Assembly (NCBI GenBank): GCA_018701215.1
Contig: JABIWH010000057.1
Location: 132,519-196,518, forward strand
Length of the DNA: 64,000 nt
Direction of reading: 5' to 3'
Source: Rhodospirillaceae bacterium
GTDB taxonomy: Bacteria > Pseudomonadota > Alphaproteobacteria > GCA-2731375
Shown: positions 60,777 to 64,000 of the stretch, one piece after another
Layout: every line of letters begins with the position of its first letter
Position numbering within the stretch: the first letter of the stretch is position 1
Notes under the pieces: model-generated
What the model was told of the DNA's origin: nothing
Database searches by the model: none
The model's input: only the letters and a program-made list of their open reading frames with translations
Program-made: the position numbers and the translations under genes

Positions 60777-61955
60777 ATGAAAATCCTCATTCTGGGCGGC
60801 GACGGTTATCTCGGCTGGCCCACGGCAATGCACTTTGCCGCCGCCGGCGATACGGTTTGGGTCGCGGACAATTTCGCCAAACGCAAGTGGGAGCTTGAAG
60901 ACGGTATCGAGCCGCTGCTGGCAATTCCCACCTTGCATCGCCGGGTGCAGTGTTGGAACGAAGTTGGTGGCGGCCAGCCGATCAACATGAAGATCGGCGA
61001 TCTGACCAATCACCGCTTTGTCTACAATCTACTGCGCGAAATCCAGCCCGATGCCATCGTGCATTACGCCGAACAGCCCTCGGCGCCCTATTCCATGCAA
61101 AACCGCTCGGCGGCGGTGATGACCCAGCACAACAACGTCATTGGCAATCTAAACCTGATGTTCGCCATGCAGGCCCATTGCCCCGACGCCCATCTGATCA
61201 AGCTGGGCACCATGGGCGAATACGGCACGCCGAATATCGATATCGAGGAAGGCTGGCTGGAAGTCGAACATAACGGCCGGAAAGACCGGGTGCTCTATCC
61301 GAAAAAGCCCGGTAGTTTTTATCATCTCTCGAAGGTGCATGATTCTCATAATATCGAATTCGCCTGCCGCATTTGGGGCATGCGGGCGACGGATCTGAAC
61401 CAGGGCGTGGTCTATGGCATCGACACTGATCAGACCCAGCTGGCGGACGAGTTGCGGACCTCGTTCCATTACGATCATGTTTTTGGCACGGTGTTGAACC
61501 GTTTTCTGGTCCAGGCGGTGGCGGGTCTGCCCCTGACGGTCTATGGCAAGGGCGGGCAGACGCGGGGCTTTTTGAATATCCGCGATACCCTGGCCTGCGT
61601 TGACATTGCCGCCCGCAATCCTGCTGATCGTGGCGATTTCCGGATCTTCAACCAGTTCACCGAGCAATTCTCGGTATCCCAGCTGGCCGATATGGTCGTA
61701 GCCGCCGGGCAGCGGGCCGGTCTGTCCGTCGCGGTGGAAAATCTGGAAAATCCCCGTGTCGAACAGGAAGAGCATTACTACAACGCCAAGAATACCGCGC
61801 TGACCGACCTTGGCTTGCAGCCCAACCTGCTGACGGAGGAAGTGGTCGATGCCATGCTGGCCACGGTGCGCGGCCAGGCGGGGCGGGTCGACCCCCGGAT
61901 CATCGCGCCGCAAATCCGCTGGGCGGGCGGCGAAGTTTCCAAGGCCGACACCTAA
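60777..61955 (+). CDS. sqdB: UDP-sulfoquinovose synthase
   Basis: GGDGYLGWPT, EQPSAPYSM, KLGTMGEYGTP, SFYHLSKVHDSHN, TDLNQGVVYG, YGKGGQTRG motifs. Confidence 0.9.
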   Translation: MKILILGGDGYLGWPTAMHFAAAGDTVWVADNFAKRKWELEDGIEPLLAIPTLHRRVQCWNEVGGGQPINMKIGDLTNHRFVYNLLREIQPDAIVHYAEQPSAPYSMQNRSAAVMTQHNNVIGNLNLMFAMQAHCPDAHLIKLGTMGEYGTPNIDIEEGWLEVEHNGRKDRVLYPKKPGSFYHLSKVHDSHNIEFACRIWGMRATDLNQGVVYGIDTDQTQLADELRTSFHYDHVFGTVLNRFLVQAVAGLPLTVYGKGGQTRGFLNIRDTLACVDIAARNPADRGDFRIFNQFTEQFSVSQLADMVVAAGQRAGLSVAVENLENPRVEQEEHYYNAKNTALTDLGLQPNLLTEEVVDAMLATVRGQAGRVDPRIIAPQIRWAGGEVSKADT

Positions 61956-63232
61956 TGACGGGCATGAATTCCACCGCGCCGATTGCCGTCATTGGCCTTG
62001 GCTATGTGGGCCTGCCCCTGGCCGTGGCCCTGGCCCGGCATTGCCCCACCATCGGCTATGATGTGGATAAGACGCGGATCGCCGAACTGCGGCAGGGCCA
62101 TGACCGGACCGGCGAGATCGACGCCGCCGTGATGACCGACAGCGCCCTGACCGTGACCGATAACGATGCCGCGATCGCCGGCTCCGAGGTCTATATCGTC
62201 ACCGTGCCGACCCCGGTGGATGCTGATAACCAGCCCGATTTGCGCCTGATCCGGGCGGCCTGTGCCAACGTCGGCAAGTTACTGGCGGTGGGCGACATCG
62301 TGGTTTTTGAAAGCACGGTTTATCCCGGTGTTACGGAAGACATTTGCGGACCGGCCCTGGCGGCGGCCTCCGGCCTGGTCTGCGGTCAGGAATTTTTTCT
62401 GGGCTATTCACCGGAACGGATCAATCCCGGTGACCGGGAACATACCGTCGACAAGATCACCAAGGTAGTTGCCGGCCAGACGGCGGAAGTTCTCGACCGT
62501 CTGGCCGATCTATATGGCCAGGTGACCACGGGCGGTATTCACCGGGCCAAGGACATCAAGACGGCGGAAGCCGCCAAGGTGATCGAGAACGCCCAGCGCG
62601 ACATCAATATCGCCTTTGTCAACGAAGTGGCGGCGATCTGCCAGAAACTGGATATTTCCGTCCACGATGTGTTGGAAGCGGCGGGTACGAAGTGGAATTT
62701 CCTGCCATTTACGCCTGGCCTGGTGGGTGGCCATTGCATTGGCGTCGATCCGTTTTATCTGGCCTATCAGGCCCAGCAATTGGGCCATGACCCGCAAATC
62801 ATTCTTTCGGGCCGGCGTCTGAACGATGCCATGGGTGACTTTATCGCCGGCTGTATCGATGAAAACATGTCCGGGCCGGGCCGGGTGCTGTTGCTGGGTC
62901 TGACCTTCAAGGAAAACGTGCCCGATCTGCGCAACACCAAGGTGATCGACGTGGTTACCGGCCTGACCGCGCGGGGCCATGATGTCGTGGTGCATGACCC
63001 GGTGGCGGATGGGGCGGAAGCCGAGCGTCTGTATGGCTTTCCCTTGCTACCCACGCTGGATGGTCAGGGCGGTTTCGACGCGATGGTCGGCGCCGTGCGT
63101 CACAATGATTTCCTCGCCCTCGGGCCGGCGGATCTAGCCGGCCTGGTGCGTGAAGGCGGCCTGATCGCGGACATCAAGGGCCTGTGGCGCGAAATGGAGC
63201 GCCCCGCCAACCGGGACTACTGGCAGCTGTAG
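61955..63232 (+). CDS. UDP-N-acetylhexosamine 6-dehydrogenase (WbpO/TviB-like)
   Basis: GLGYVGLP, ESTVYPG, YSPERINPGD, GGHCIGVDP, FKENVPDLRN; TAATG coupling to sqdB. Confidence 0.92.
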   Translation: MTGMNSTAPIAVIGLGYVGLPLAVALARHCPTIGYDVDKTRIAELRQGHDRTGEIDAAVMTDSALTVTDNDAAIAGSEVYIVTVPTPVDADNQPDLRLIRAACANVGKLLAVGDIVVFESTVYPGVTEDICGPALAAASGLVCGQEFFLGYSPERINPGDREHTVDKITKVVAGQTAEVLDRLADLYGQVTTGGIHRAKDIKTAEAAKVIENAQRDINIAFVNEVAAICQKLDISVHDVLEAAGTKWNFLPFTPGLVGGHCIGVDPFYLAYQAQQLGHDPQIILSGRRLNDAMGDFIAGCIDENMSGPGRVLLLGLTFKENVPDLRNTKVIDVVTGLTARGHDVVVHDPVADGAEAERLYGFPLLPTLDGQGGFDAMVGAVRHNDFLALGPADLAGLVREGGLIADIKGLWREMERPANRDYWQL

Positions 63233-63318
63233 TTCTAGGGTTGCGGTAGAGGCTCTTTACCAGGGGCCGTCCGGGCCTCACAATAGGCCTAGATATATTC
63301 CTGAAAGGTACCCTGGTA

Positions 63319-64000
63319 ATGAGCAGTATCGCATTTGAACTTCCCGATGAACTCCGCGCGCTCTGTGATGGGCTGGGCGATTTCCTCAAGGCCGAGGTTT
63401 TTAGCCGCCATGACAAGCATCACGACCTTCTCTCCAACGGCCGCAATACCTATGACGAGAACGGCCGTTATGTGGAGGAAGTCATCGAGTTGATCCGCGA
63501 GGTGCGCATGGCCTCGTCCAAGGCGGGCTATTTCAATATGTGTGTGCCCGAAGAACTCGGCGGAAGCGGCCTCGGCATGCTGGCTTACTATGTGGCGTGG
63601 GAGCATGCCTACCGCACGGCGGGGCCGCACAATTGGCTGGCGATGTATTGCATCAGCCATTGGGCCCTGGGGCCGTCCCGGTTGTTGGAGCGGGTCACGG
63701 CGGAGGCCAGGGCGGAAATGCTTGACGGCATGATCACCGGACGGACCTCCATGTGCTTTGGCATGTCGGAGCCGGGCGCGGGCTCGGACGCCGCCGCCAT
63801 GACCACCCGGGCCACGCCGGACGGCAACGGTTGGCGTATCAATGGGCGCAAGATCTGGACCACCAATTCGCCCATCGCCGATTACTGCATCATATTCTGC
63901 CAGACCGACCCGGAGCGCGCGGCGGCGCGCAAGGGCGGCATCTCCGCCTTTCTGGTACCGACCAGCGCGCCGGGCTTCGAAGTCGAGAGCATTATCCGCA
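63319..64000 (+). CDS. Acyl-CoA dehydrogenase family protein, 3'-truncated by window edge (absent from ORF track)
   Basis: Manual translation from ATG 63319: MSSIAFELP..VPEELGGSG..CFGMSEPGAGSD..INGRKIWTTN..GGISAFLV. Confidence 0.92.
   Translation, partial: MSSIAFELPDELRALCDGLGDFLKAEVFSRHDKHHDLLSNGRNTYDENGRYVEEVIELIREVRMASSKAGYFNMCVPEELGGSGLGMLAYYVAWEHAYRTAGPHNWLAMYCISHWALGPSRLLERVTAEARAEMLDGMITGRTSMCFGMSEPGAGSDAAAMTTRATPDGNGWRINGRKIWTTNSPIADYCIIFCQTDPERAAARKGGISAFLVPTSAPGFEVESIIR

Noticed and set aside
1-64000. CRISPR arrays, tRNA/rRNA (including tRNA-Sec), transposases, prophage or defence genes
   Set aside because: None recognised by eye; a covariance-model and HMM scan would be needed to exclude them formally

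Overview
GC-rich alphaproteobacterial chromosomal segment (Rhodospirillales-like by gene order; inference). Housekeeping blocks (yejAABEF, hisN, cycM/kdsB-pheA, nudC, ffs-dnaX-ybaB-recR, rmuC/def-fmt, large NAD-glutamate dehydrogenase, purH) alternate with accessory catabolic and redox genes, and the window ends in a surface-glycan cluster. The strongest signal is at 5.5-9.4 kb on the minus strand. Two ORFs split by the ORF track are one reading frame joined by an in-frame TGA in a C-U-G-S-C motif, with a bacterial SECIS-like hairpin 11 nt downstream. This gives a predicted 576-aa UGSC-type selenoprotein whose Sec region resembles the glycine/proline reductase B (GrdB/PrdB) active site. It is followed by a paralog of its own C-terminal domain and a divergent thioredoxin reductase, suggesting a Sec-dependent redox or reductive-cleavage system of unknown function. 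Other observations: a plant/cyanobacterial-type sqdB among polysaccharide genes, an F420-type reductase, an erythromycin-esterase/orphan molybdoenzyme/MetF cluster, several CTAG/TAGAGC-bounded or palindromic intergenic elements, and candidate operators. No tRNA, rRNA, CRISPR array or transposase was recognised. All family calls come from motif recognition, not database searches.
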